Shown in pieces: positions 39,987 through 52,222 of a DNA stretch of 64,000 nt. Source of the stretch: Macrostomum lignano (lineage: Eukaryota); NCBI GenBank assembly GCA_002269645.1, contig NIVC01000178.1:98948-162947 (forward strand). The letters are read 5' to 3'. Position 1 is the stretch's first letter, and the number at the start of each line of letters is the position of its first letter. The notes below the pieces were generated by a model, which worked only from the letters and a program-made list of their open reading frames with translations, was not told the DNA's origin and did no database searches. Position numbers and translations under genes: made by a program.

Positions 39987-41615
39987 TCACCAAGGAGCCA
40001 ATCAGGCTGAGGGTGCGGTAGAGGGGGGAGCTGTGACCACCAAGGAGCCAATCAGGCTGAGGGTGCGGCAAAGGGGGGAGCTGTGATCACCAAGGAGCCA
40101 ATCAGGCTGAGGGTGCGGTAGAGGGGGGAGCTGTGACCACCAAGGAGCCAATCAGGCTGAGGGTGCGGTAGAGGGGGGAGCTGTGACCACCAAGGAGCCA
40201 ATCAGGCTGAGGGTGCGGTAGAAGGGGGGGGGGCTGTGACCACCAATGAGCCAATCAAGCCAAGGATACGACAGGAGGAGTATAATGATCAAATTTAATC
40301 TAATATAATTTTGGGACAATCAAAAATGGGATTTAGGTTAGGGAAATTAGGAAATTTACAGTGGTTTCCGAGCGTGGTGGAGTCGAGTGTAGCAGTTTTG
40401 GACACAAAAGCCACAAGTGCTTGATGATGGCATTGTAAAGAGCGAGTGCAGGCCGCCCTAAAAGTCTGTTTCCACTTTAAGGGGTCCTTGTGTCTTTTAT
40501 GTGGGGCGGGAACCGGGAATTCAACTACATCTATTATTAAAGATATTCAGACGATGAGCGAGAAAGGCAAGTGGAAATCGCCCAGTCTGGGAACGGCGCA
40601 TTACCCAACTGCGTGAACATTTTGAAGGGGTTGCGTGGGGGAAACTTACGAGCGTATTATAAATAACGCATGGGTTTTATCATCTATTCTTTACTTTTTT
40701 CACTAGCTAACTTACTTGCCTGCTTGTTACTTTTATTCCCGAACATGTGCTACTTAATCGCTTCTGCTGACCTGTGTGGATCAATGGTAAGACTGAGTCC
40801 TACCATGAATTATTGGTATATTATGTATACATGTACTGTTTAAGGGTCTTCGAACTAACTATAGTATATCAATAGTGTAGTATCAAAATTACCATTAGTT
40901 ATAAGTCATACGATAGTGCCTCAGACTTATCCTATACGCTTAATGCTTGCTTTAATATGCTTATATCGTATGCTAAGAAACCACCATATATATATTTTGA
41001 GCTACCTGACCATCTGATCATTAATTCAAAATCTAATCGCAATGTGTTTGACTTAGTAAAGATGAGGACCAACTGAAGCCTGAGAGAGAAGAAATTATTA
41101 TTCATTTGTAAGCTCTTAGTTCGCGGCTGACTAGAAACTTATAGGGAGCTGTGATCACCAAGGAGCCAATCAGGCTGAGGGTGCGGAAGAGGGGGGAGCT
41201 GTGACCACCAAGGAGCCAATCAGGCCGAGGGTGCGGAAGAGGGGGGAGCTGTGACCACCAAGGAGCCAATCAGGCCGAGGGTGCGGAAGAGGGGGGAGCT
41301 GTGACCACCAAGGAGCCAATCAGGCCGAGGGTGCGGAAGAGGGGGGAGCTGTGACCACCAAGGAGCCAATCAGGCCGAGGGTGCGGAAGAGGGGGAGCTG
41401 TGACCACCAAGGAGCCAATCAGGCTGAGGGTGTGGTAGAGGGGGAGCTGTGACCACCAAGGAGCCAATCAGGCCGAGGGTGCGGAAGAGGGGGGCTGTGA
41501 CGACCAAGGAGCCAATCAGGCTGAGGGTGCGGTAGAGGGGGGGGGCTGTGACCACCAAGGAGCCAATCAGGCGGAGGGTGCGGCAGAGGGGGCAGCTGTG
41601 ACCACCAATAAGCCA
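39935..41615 (+). repeat. 50-bp minisatellite (CCACCAAGGAGCCAATCAGGCTGAGGGTGCGGTAGAGGGGGGAGCTGTGA) in two blocks
   Basis: ~7 units at 39935-40265 (first unit = last codons and stop of the P450) and ~10 units at 41145-41615, separated by ~870 bp of unique sequence. Confidence 0.95.
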
Positions 41616-42081
41616 TTTTTGTAATTTATTTTTACAGACTCTCAATGTATCCTATGCTTTAAAACGCATTCAGATTTTGCGTATCTTTTTAGTGTAAACG
41701 TAAAATAAACGAAATAAATAAAGTTAACATTAAAAAACCAGAATATTTTTTAACTGTATCAGCCATAACGAATGACAGAAGCGTCGGTTGTTGCATGGCT
41801 AGACAGCCAAGCAAAAATAATTGAATAATAATTTATTTCTAGTACACGCTACGCACTGTACACCTAGGTACGCACAGTGGCCAAGCACGAACTGTTTATT
41901 AAATTCACAGCAACGCAAAATCTGCACAATTATATAATTCGAAGCATGTACACGTATCTAGGGAAATAAAGTGTCAAAAATGAAATAATAATGATGGGTT
42001 ACCTGTCACCAAACAAACTGAGGGAGAGCGGGCGAGATTTTATCTTGCGCTAAGATTTTTTTAATTGGCTACAAAGTTTTA

Positions 42082-42780
42082 TCAAGGACGACTTAAGTAG
42101 AAGGACGGAAAACCTCGTTTCCCAGAAAAAAATTGAAGGCAGGCTTTTCCGAAAAAATACACTACAGAGATAGGAAGTTTTCATTTTTTCAGCCCAAAAA
42201 TTGCTGTTGCTTTTGATAGGAGGCAGATCCAGTGTTTATCTTTTGATACGTTGTGTCTGTCTTATTGCTCCATCGATATTCATAAAGCTTTTCGTTCAGA
42301 AAATTAGGATTCTATTAATTTCTTTTTCAACGTACTTTTCCTGTACTTAACAATCATAAAATGCATGGCACAGCTCCAATCTTTGGCCCTATGAATCCAT
42401 TTTATCATCTCTGCTACAAATATTTGTTACACAGTCAGCTAAGAATGATAAAATAGACTCATAAAACCAAAGAGCCGAGCCGTGCCATTTTAATGTTTTT
42501 TTAAGCACAAGAGACGTGCAAATGTAGGTAGAATAAAAATTAACATAGAATCCTAATTCTTTAAACGAAAAGCTTCATAAATATCGATAGAGCAATAAGA
42601 CGGACACAGCATATCAAAAGATGAACACTGGATCTGCCTCCTATCAAAAGCAACAGCAATTTTTGTGCTGAAAAAATGAAAACCTCCTATCTCCGTAGTG
42701 TATTCTTTACGGAAAAACCTGCCTTTATAAAATTTTCCAAGAAACGAGGCTTCCCGTCCCTCCACTTAAGTCGTCCTTGA
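42082..42780. mobile_element. ~700-bp MITE with ~230-bp inverted arms (Kolobok/T2-like)
   Basis: TCAAGGACGACTTAAGT... at the left and ...ACTTAAGTCGTCCTTGA at the right. Arms 42082-42310 and 42553-42780 are inverted homologues; same family as 13004-13517. Confidence 0.75.
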
Positions 42781-43004
42781 ATTGCATAGAAAATGCAACA
42801 AATATTGGCATAAATATAATTAACTAGCAGTTAAAACCCGCGGATTTTTGAACCCGCAGGTGTATCTGTTATTAACTGAATAAACTAATTATGATTGGTA
42901 GATTATCTTATCTTTAATCTTCTGCAAAAACCCACGCAATCACACCGGAGCAATAAAACCCCCTTAGGTAAGAAGTTAATTGCAATATTAAAATGATCAT
43001 CAAA

Positions 43005-46000
43005 TCAAAACATGCCGCCAGCGTGTTTCCTATCGCTCAACTGGCGCCGGTTATGATTTGCCCGTCTGCCCTTGTCGCGATCTTTCACCTGTCGATTGTG
43101 CACTACCTGGTGAGACTGGCCCCGGCCGCGCTTGCCAGAACCGCGTACGTCGAAGCGTTGCTGCTGCTGTTGCTGTTGTTGCTGCTGTGGCGCAGGCTGC
43201 ATCTGTTGAGGCTGCGGCTGCCTTTGTAGTTGCCGCTCCTCGTCATCACTCCCTGCAGCATCCGGCGCCATCGCCGCCCCGTCGTAGGTGTCATCGTATT
43301 CATCCTCGTAGGCGATGGCCGCTTCAATACCGGCCACTCTGGCCGCCTCGGCCTGGGCAATGGCCTCAGCCTCTGCTTCGGCCTCTTCAGTGTCGCGCAG
43401 GCGTCGTTCCCAGTCGTCCAGCCATTCGCGCATCTTGGCGTCCTGACGAAATTCCAACTCGTCAATTGCAGCGGATTTCTCGCGTTTGCCCCGATGAATC
43501 CGGCCGCGGAGAGCCTCCCGATCGAGGCGGTTCGGCTGGGAGAAGTTGAAATCGTTCATAGTGGTTGCCGCCGCCGCCGCCGCCGCCGATGCCGATGCCG
43601 CAGAAGCTTCGGCCGCCTCGTACGGCGCAGTCAGCAGGCTCCGATCCAGACTATTCAACACTGGCGGCAGCGAATCCTCCAATAGGGCGTTGATTAACCG
43701 CTCGGGATCGAATGAGTAGTATCTGAGGCATTCCTGGCAGTGTTGTTTTATTATTTGGACAGGAAAAATAGTGAGATATGACTGGCAGTCTGCCTCCTTC
43801 TGGGGGCCTGCTGTACACATGCTGGGGTTTTTGTTTCATCACATCAACTTTCATTTTGGATGCCAATATAATTAAGTTCCATATCTTTGCTATTCCTTAG
43901 ACCCAGCAGTGTAAAGGATAGGGTAGACTACAGTTAGGAGTTTTGTCCCGGGCCTTAGTTCATCAGTGTGCCTAAAAAAAACCGCGTTGACAAACAAACA
44001 AGAGTTTCACCTTGATAAAACCGGACCCGATGCCGGGTAAAATGTCTTGCACGTGGCTAACAAGCGATTCCATTTGCACCTCGTCGGGCCGACTGCCAAC
44101 CTGGCAATAAGTAGAGGGCATTGGAAATCGACTACGCATATACGATACAGGTCCCTCGCTAATCTGGGCCTTTAGAGCCTGAATTTTGAGTCTCAAAAAT
44201 GTCATCAAATGCTGATAAGAGCTGTTTTAAAAATTAAAAAAACAAAGCCTTCGGTGATATTGTCTCACAGCACTAGCGCTGAGGCTATTCCGCCCATTCC
44301 CCGGACTTCTGAGCACATGCACACAAGCGGCGCGAGAGCTGCTCTCACCTTCAGCGCGTCTGTATCCCCAGCATCGGCGGTGAACGCTGAATTAACAATA
44401 CCAGAAGTCTGTCCTGTCAGGTAAGCTGTTCCAGCATCCTCATTAGCATTATCATCGTCTGAGCTGTCATCAGCGTCGTCATAATCGGAATTGTAATTTA
44501 TTGCCGCATCAGTGCCAGCTGCGCCTGCTCCGTTTGTCCGCTGCTTGACGGACTTGGCGGACTCGCCCAGTTCTGACAGGGCTGCGGTTACCGCTTCGAC
44601 AGTGTAGTCTGCTAGCTCCGGGTCGCTGCGGTGCGTTGAAACAGGTAAAAAGTTTTCTTGCGATTCTCAGGGTGGTTAAGGGGCGATTGTCATGGTGATT
44701 TAGGGGCGATTTATAGGGTAGGGGCGATTTATAGGGTAGGGCGATTCTTACGGTAGGTGTGATTCTCAGGGTGATTTTGGGGCGATTTATAGGGTAGGGG
44801 CGATTCTTACGGTAGGGGTGATTCTCATGGTGATTTAGCGGCGATTTATAGGGTAGGGGCGATTTATAGGGTAGGGGCGATTTATAGGGTAGGGCGATTC
44901 TTACGGTAGGTGTGATTCTCAGGGTGATTTTGGGGCGATTTATAGGGTAGGGGCGATTTATAGGGTAGGGCGATTCTTACGGTAGGGGTGATTCTCAGGG
45001 TGATTTAGCGGCGATTTATAGGGTAGGGGTGATTCTTACGGTAGGGGTGATTCTCATGGTGATTTAGCGGCGATTTATAGGGTAGGGGCGATTTATAGGG
45101 TAGGGGTGATTTATAGGGTAGGGGTGATTCTTACGGTAGGTGTGATTCTCAGGGTGATTTTGGGGCGATTTATAGGGTAGGGGCGATTTATAGGGTAGGG
45201 GTGATTCTTACGGTAGGTGTGATTCTCAGGGTGATTTTGGGGCGATTTATAGGGTAGGGGCGATTTATAGGGTAGGGCGATTCTTACGGTAGGGGTGATT
45301 CTCAGGGTGATTTAGCGGCGATTTATAGGGTAGGGGTGATTCTTACGGTAGGGGTGATTCTCATGGTGATTTAGCGGCGATTTATAGGGTAGGGGCGATT
45401 TATAGGGTAGGGGTGATTTATAGGGTAGGGGTGATTCTTACGGTAGGTGTGATTCTCAGGGTGATTTTGGGGCGATTTATAGGGTAGGGGCGATTTATAG
45501 GGTAGGGGTGATTCTTACGGTAGGTGTGATTCTCAGGGTGATTTAGCGGCGATTTATAGGGTAGGGGCGATTTATAGGGTAGGGGTGATTTATAGGGTAG
45601 GGGTGATTCTTACGGTAGGGGTGATTCTCAGGGTGATTTTGGGGCGATTTATAGGGTAGGGGCGATTTATAGGGTAGGGGTGATTCTTACGGTAGGTGTG
45701 ATTCTCAGGGTGATTTAGCGGCGATTTATAGGGTAGGGGCGATTTATAGGGTAGGGGTGATTCTTACGGTAGGTGTGATTCTCAGGGTGATTTTGGGGCG
45801 ATTTATAGGGTAGGGGCGATTCTTACGGTAGGTGTGATTCTCAGGGTGATTTTGGGGCGATTTATAGGGTAGGGGTGATTCTTACGGTAGGGGTGATTCT
45901 CAGGGTGATTTAGGGGCGATTTATAGGGTAGGGCGATTCTTACGGTAGGGGTGATTCTCATGGTGATTTAGCGGCGATTTATAGGGTAGGGGTGATTCTT

Positions 46001-49000
46001 ACGGTAGGTGTGATTCTCATGGTGATTTAGCGGCGATTTATAGGGTAGGGGCGATTTATAGGGTAGGGGTGATTCTTACGGTAGGTGTGATTCTCAGGGT
46101 GATTTTGGGGCGATTTATAGGGTAGGGGCGATTTATAGGGTAGGGGTGATTCTTACGGTAGGTGTGATTCTCAGGGTGATTTTGGGGCGATTTATAGGGT
46201 AGGGGCGATTTATAGGGTAGGGGTGATTCTTACGGTAGGTGTGATTCTCAGGGTGATTTAGCGGCGATTTATAGGGTAGGGGCGATTTATAGGGTAGGGG
46301 TGATTCTTACGGTAGGTGTGATTCTCAGGGTGATTTAGCGGCGATTTATAGGGTAGGGGCGATTTATAGGGTAGGGGTGATTTATAGGGTAGGGGTGATT
46401 CTTACGGTAGGTGTGATTCTCAGGGTGATTTTGGGGCGATTTATAGGGTAGGGGCGATTTTATAGGGTAGGGGTGATTCTTACGGTAGGTGTGATTCTCA
46501 GGGTGATTTTGGGGCGATTTATAGGGTAGGGGCGATTTATAGGGTAGGGGTGATTCTTACGGTAGGTGTGATTCTCAGGGTGATTTTGGGGCGATTTATA
46601 GGGTAGGGGCGATTCTTACGGTAGGTGTGATTCTCAGGGTGATTTTGGGGCGATTTATAGGGTAGGGCGATTCTTACGGTAGGGGTGATTCTCATGGTGA
46701 TTTAGCGGCGATTTATAGGGTAGGGGTGATTCTTACGGTAGGGGTGATTCTCATGGTGATTTAGCGGCGATTTATAGGGTAGGGGTGATTCTTACGGTAG
46801 GGGTGATTCTCAGGGTGACTTAGGGGCGATTTATAGGGTAGGGCGATTCTTACGGTAGGGGTGATTCTCATGGTGATTTAGCGGCGATTTATAGGGTAGG
46901 GCGATTCTTACGGTAGGGGTGATTCTCATGGTGATTTAGCGGCGATTTATAGGGTAGGGGTGATTCTTACGGTAGGGGTGATTCTCAGGGTGATTTAGGG
47001 GCGATTTATAGGGTAGGGCGATTCATACGGTAGGGGTGATTCTCAGGGTGATTTTGGGGCGATTTATAGGGTAGGGGCGATTCTCATGGTGACTTAGGGG
47101 CGATTCATAGGGTAGGGGTGATTTATAGGGTAGGGGTGATTTTCATGGTGATTTAGCGGCGATTTATAGGGTAGGGGCGATTCTTACGGTAGGGGTGATT
47201 CTCAGGGTGATTTAGGGGCGATTTATAGGGTAGGGCGATTTATAGGGTAGGGCGATTCTTACGGTAGTTGTGATTCTCAGGGTGATTTAGGGGTGATTTA
47301 TAGGGTAGAGGCGATTCTTACGGTAGGGGTGATTCTCAGGGTGATTTAGGGGCGATTTATAGGGTAGGGCGATTCTTACGGTAGGGGTGATTCTCATGGT
47401 GATTTAGGGGCAATTTATAGGGTAGGGGTGATTCTTACGGTAGGGGTGATTCTCAGGGTGATTTAGGGGCGATTTATAGGGTAGGGCGATTCTTACGGTA
47501 GGGGTGATTCTCAGGGTGATTTAGGGCGATTTATAGGGTAGGGCGATTCTTACGGTAGGGGTGATTCTCAGGGTGATTTAGGGGTGATTTATAGGGTAGG
47601 GGTGATTCTCAGTGTGGTTTAGGGGCGATTCTTAGTTTGGTTTATTGACGAATGAAAAAATTTTTAGACACAAAACCAATAAAAAATAGACTTACACATC
47701 CCTCAGCCTTCGCAACTCTTCAACAATACCATAATTGGATTCCAGAGCAGCCAGAAATCTGCGACAATGAATCAGCTGCGAAAGCGACATGAGTAAATTG
47801 TGAGCTCGTTCAGTCTGCGCCTGGGGACAGGCCAACCAGAGGCGGTGGTAGAGTGACAGACACAGGCTGTGCAGTCTGAAATGGGGCAGCTGAGGCACAT
47901 AAAAGACCGGAAATGGGACAATTGAGGCACATAAAAGACCGGAAATGGGACAGCTGAGGCACATAAAAGACCGGAAATGGGACAGCTGAGGCAACATAAA
48001 AGACCGGAAATGGGACAGCTGAGGCACATAAAAGACCGGAAATGGGACAATTGAGGCACATAAAAGACCGGAAATGGGACAGCTGAGGCACATAAAATAC
48101 CGGAAATGGGACAGCTGAGGCAACATAAAAGACCGGAAATGGGACAGCTGAGGCACATAAAAGACCGGAAATGGGACAGCTGAGGCACATAAAAGACCGG
48201 AAATGGGACAATGAGGCACATAAAAGACCGGAAATGGGACAATTGAGGCACATAAAAGACCGGAAATGGGACAGCTGAGGCACATAAAAGACCGGAAATG
48301 GGACAGCTGAGGCACATAAAAGACCGGAAATGGGACAGCTGAGGCACATAAAAGACCGGAAATGGGACAGCTGAGGCACATAAAAGACCGGAAATGGGAC
48401 AGCTGAGGCACATAAAATACCAGAAATGGGACAGCTGAGGCACATAGACGAGGGTAGAGAGGCATTCAAAACGACCGGAAGTGAAACCGGAAGTGAAATA
48501 AAAATAAAAGCGGAACCCAAGCCGAACCTGTGAGCGGCACGCCTAGCCGTGTCCATCACTCGCTGCTGTTCCAACGGGGCAGCCCTGGCAGCCGCGGTGA
48601 GTCGAAGTTTCTCTTGAGCAGCCGGAACCAACGCTTCGTATAGGCGAGGCAGCACGGACTCAAGTTCAGCTCCCGACAATACATCAGTTGAGGAAGCTGA
48701 GGATGCTGATGAAGAGGATCCTATCGTGCCAAACAGCGAGTCTAAAGTTTCCAAAGCGTCTCGAGCGAATAGAATTCGATCGGACAGCCTCACGACTGAT
48801 TCGAAATCGAATGGCTTGGATGAGGCCTCATCAGCGATGGCGGATGCTGGCAAGTCGGATATGGAATCCTGGAGTACTTTGCTGCCGAGGCCGGACAGAC
48901 AGGCAGTTAAATCTCTAGCAAGATTTGGCAGCCTCTTTAACAGGTTGGCAATCATTTTCGACACGAGAGTCTGGTTGGTGCGCCAGTACAGAGCGCAGAT

Positions 49001-50932
49001 GTCCATTAGACGGGGTGGATTGAACAGATTGATGCGGCTGTGCAGTTCCGGGAATGCAGACTCGCTGATGCAGCTGGTCTGATTGAGATTACGGAGTGGG
49101 ATATTTCGAATCTCAGGTTAGATAGTTCAAATCTCAGGTAGGATGATTCGAATCTTAGATAAGATAATTCGAATCTCAGGTAGGATAATTTGAGTCTCAG
49201 GTAGGATCATTCGAATCTCAGGTAGGATGATTCGAATCTCAGATAAGATAATTCGAATCTCAGGCAGGATAATTCGAATCTCAGGTAGGATAACTTCGAA
49301 TCGCACGTAGGATAATTCGAATCTCAGGTAAGGCAATTCGAGTCAAAGGTAGGATAATTCGAATCTCAGGTAGGATATTTCGAATCTCAGATGGGATTAT
49401 CACAAATCTTAGATGGGATTATTGGGAAACTCAGATGAGTTATAACAAATCTCAGATTGGATTATCACAAATCTTAGATGGGATTATTGGGAAACTCAGA
49501 TGGGATTATCACAAATCCCAGATGGCACTATCACGAATCCTAGGTGGGATTATCACAAATCCAAGGTGGGATAATCACAAATCCCAGGTGGGATAATCAC
49601 AAATCCCAGGTGGGATAATCACAAATCCCAGGTGGGACATCATCAGATATTCTGGCACTCACCGCACACTCCCTATGCGTGGCCAATCTCAAGCAGACAA
49701 AGAACACCAGCCTATGCAATCGCTGCAGGGTGTCCCGCACAATCTGACTAAACAAGCTGAGATCCGGATCGAACCAGCGCGGAGCCAGTCGGAGATACGA
49801 GTCCAGCATGACGCCGGACACGGATCTGTCATTCAACAATTGGCACCAGAATCGCCAGTGGGGCAGCCGGAGCAGCTCAGTCAGATCGTCGATCAAATAT
49901 TGGCAGCGCTCTTGCCAGGCGTCCTCTGCCGGCTGGCTGGACATCGGAGGCGGCGGCGGCGTGTAGGCGATGCAGCGCATCTCCGACACCCACTGGCCGG
50001 ACTGGGAGGTGCGGACAGGGTGTTAGGCTGGCTCAGCAACTGAGGAGGCTGGCTTAGCAACTGAGGCTGCTGGCTTAGCAACTGAGGATCTGGGAGGCTG
50101 GCCCAGCAACTGAGGATCTGGGAGGCTGGCCCAGCAACTGAGGATCTGGGAGGCTGGCTTAGCAACTGAGGATCTGGGGGGGGGGCTGGCCCAGCAACTG
50201 AGGATCTGGGAGGCTGGCCCAGCAACTGGGGATCTGGGAGGCTGGCCCAGCAACTGAGGATCTGGGAGGCTGGCCCAGCAACTGAGGATCTGGGAGGCTG
50301 GCTTAGCAACTGAGGATCTGGGGGGGGGGGGCTGGCCCAGCAACTGAGGGTCTGGGAGGCTGGCCCAATTACTGAGGATCTGGGAGGCTGGCCCAGCAAC
50401 TGGGGATCTGGGAGGCTGGCCCAGCAACTAAGGAGCTGAGAGGCTGGCCCAGCAACTGAGGGTCTGGGAGGCTGGCCCAATTACTGAGGATCTGGGAGGC
50501 TGGCCCAGCAACTGGGGATCTGGGAGGCTGGCCCAGCAACTGGGGATCTGGGAGGCTGGCCAAGCAACTGACACTCTGGGAGGCTGGCCCAGCAACTGAG
50601 GATCTGGGAGGCTGGCCCAGCAACTAAGGATCTGGGAGGCTGGCCCAGCAACTGAGGATCTGGGAGGCTGGCCCAGCAACTGGGGATCTGGGAGGCTGGC
50701 CAAGCAACTGGGGATCTGGGAGGCTGGCCCAGCAACTGAGGATCTGGTAGACCACACAAACATAGGATGAATACAAGAGTGAGCACACATTTACCAGCAA
50801 TGGCACAGCCTTGCCGCCAACCATGCGAGTCTGCAGGTCGATAGGCGTTGCATCTGCTGAGGCGGCTTCCTTGCCAGCCTTCTGGGACTGCGCCTGCGAA
50901 GCTGCTTTTGCTGCCTGAAGCAGTGGATGGAG
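43005..50932 (-). CDS. ASCC2: Activating signal cointegrator 1 complex subunit 2 (CUE domain), 7 exons, ~790 aa; start codon unresolved
   Basis: complement(join(43005..43733,44011..44178,44349..44625,47696..47875,48528..49078,49663..50001,50795..50932)); phases compatible. ASCC2 motifs YTPPP, LLRLPHWRFWCQ, LDSYLR, RLHRLVF; CUE VQDILPGIGSGFI...CLRYYSFDPERLINALLE; YEDEYDDTYD; C-terminal RANHNRR...DRK. Alternative acceptor at 44100 is possible. Confidence 0.9.
44665..47640. repeat. ~3-kb G-rich compound satellite in ASCC2 intron 4 (18-23-bp subunits, ~77-bp higher-order repeat)
   Basis: Subunits GGGGCGATTTATAGGGTA, GGGGTGATTCTTACGGTA and GGTGTGATTCTCAGGGTGATTTT; period 77 at 46084/46161/46238. 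Confidence 0.97.
47880..48445. repeat. 32-bp intronic minisatellite (GAAATGGGACAGCTGAGGCACATAAAAGACCG)n
   Basis: ~17 units in ASCC2 intron 3, reaching the acceptor. Confidence 0.97.
49110..49640. repeat. Two adjacent 21/22-bp intronic repeats (TTCGAATCTCAGGTAGGATAA; GGGATTATCACAAATCCCAGGT)
   Basis: Fill ASCC2 intron 2. Confidence 0.9.
50030..50745. repeat. 28-bp intronic minisatellite (GGAGGCTGGCCCAGCAACTGAGGATCTG)n
   Basis: ~25 units filling ASCC2 intron 1. Confidence 0.97.
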
Positions 50933-52222
50933 CTGAGAGTGAGAATTTTGACAAAGACTCAAGCAGCAAATTTAATATGGAAAAGTAAGTTTCTACCGTC
51001 TGTAGTATCCATACCAAAGTAGCAGATCGACAGATTCACAACCATCGACAACTACAGCGCATCTACGGATACACCACTATTTTCTTTAGATCCATAAAAA
51101 CCAATATCTACGACCGAGACCCGTAACTATAGATATCTAGTAGAATCTACAGCACATCACAGATTAACCAACTATAGCCACAGCACAACTATACATCCGC
51201 ATCTATATCTATAGAGAATTTATAGATAAACCACAGTCCTGCAACTACTGATATCTACAGCGCATCTATAGATAAAGCACAGATCTTCAACTATTGATAT
51301 TTACCATCTGTAGATACACCATAGATCTGCAACTTGTGAGATCTACAGCACATCTACAGATTCACCACCACTATAATCGCAGCAAAACAATCTATATTCA
51401 CCTATAGATCTATAGATCAAAGCTATCCAATTCGTGTAATTACCTAAAAGACAAAACCTATTGGACTACTTACAATAGTAACAATCATAAATAAGACACA
51501 CATGTCCGTTAAAACGTTAAATCAATTTTTTCTGGCAAAGGCAGTGGACGTGCACCGCCAGGCTCTGACATGTATTATTATTATAAATAATACTATTCTA
51601 TCTTTTATCGGTGGTCATTGGCCAACCTCCCGCTAAAGCGCACAAAGCATAACAAAAGAAAAGCAAATGTAGCACTGGCATAATATATAAGCATCCAGAT
51701 GGATCAACCATCTAGCGAATGACGTCATTTGAATAATAATGTATCTTCTCTATAAATATGAAACAAAACGTTAATCAGCTATCATTTACAATTACGTAGA
51801 TTCGGTTTATTACATTTTTCTCATAATCAAACGATACTGTCAATATGGACTAGAGGGATATTATAAAGCAGATAGGACAAGTGTACGCATTCTATAGGAA
51901 AGACGGACTCGTTTCAAGCAAAATAACAAGCAACACTTAGTTAAAAAAATAAAAAATAACAATTGCACTCTGATAATGCTACTTTAATCAGCGAATGCAG
52001 GAGATGCTCGTCTATTAGGAGGTGAATTAGTAGTAGTATAAGCGTATAGAACTACTGAAATCGATAAAAAACAAGCTGTATGCAGTATAACAAAGCGCAT
52101 TATAATTATATGGAGAAGTACGGTATCAATTGTTATGCATTAGTTTTACTATATATTACACTTGCCAAATACTCTATTTTGTAAATAATAGATGTATTAA
52201 CAACAGCTGTTTATTTGTTTCT

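Noticed and set aside
40355-40373. LTR end plus tRNA-Met PBS-like TTACA-G-TGGTTTCCGAGC
   Set aside because: 10/12 match only; no paired LTR, TSD or gag/pol sequence.
44665-47640. Telomeric or interstitial telomeric repeat
   Set aside because: Units are 18-23 bp with ATAGGGTAGGGG, not tandem TTAGGG.
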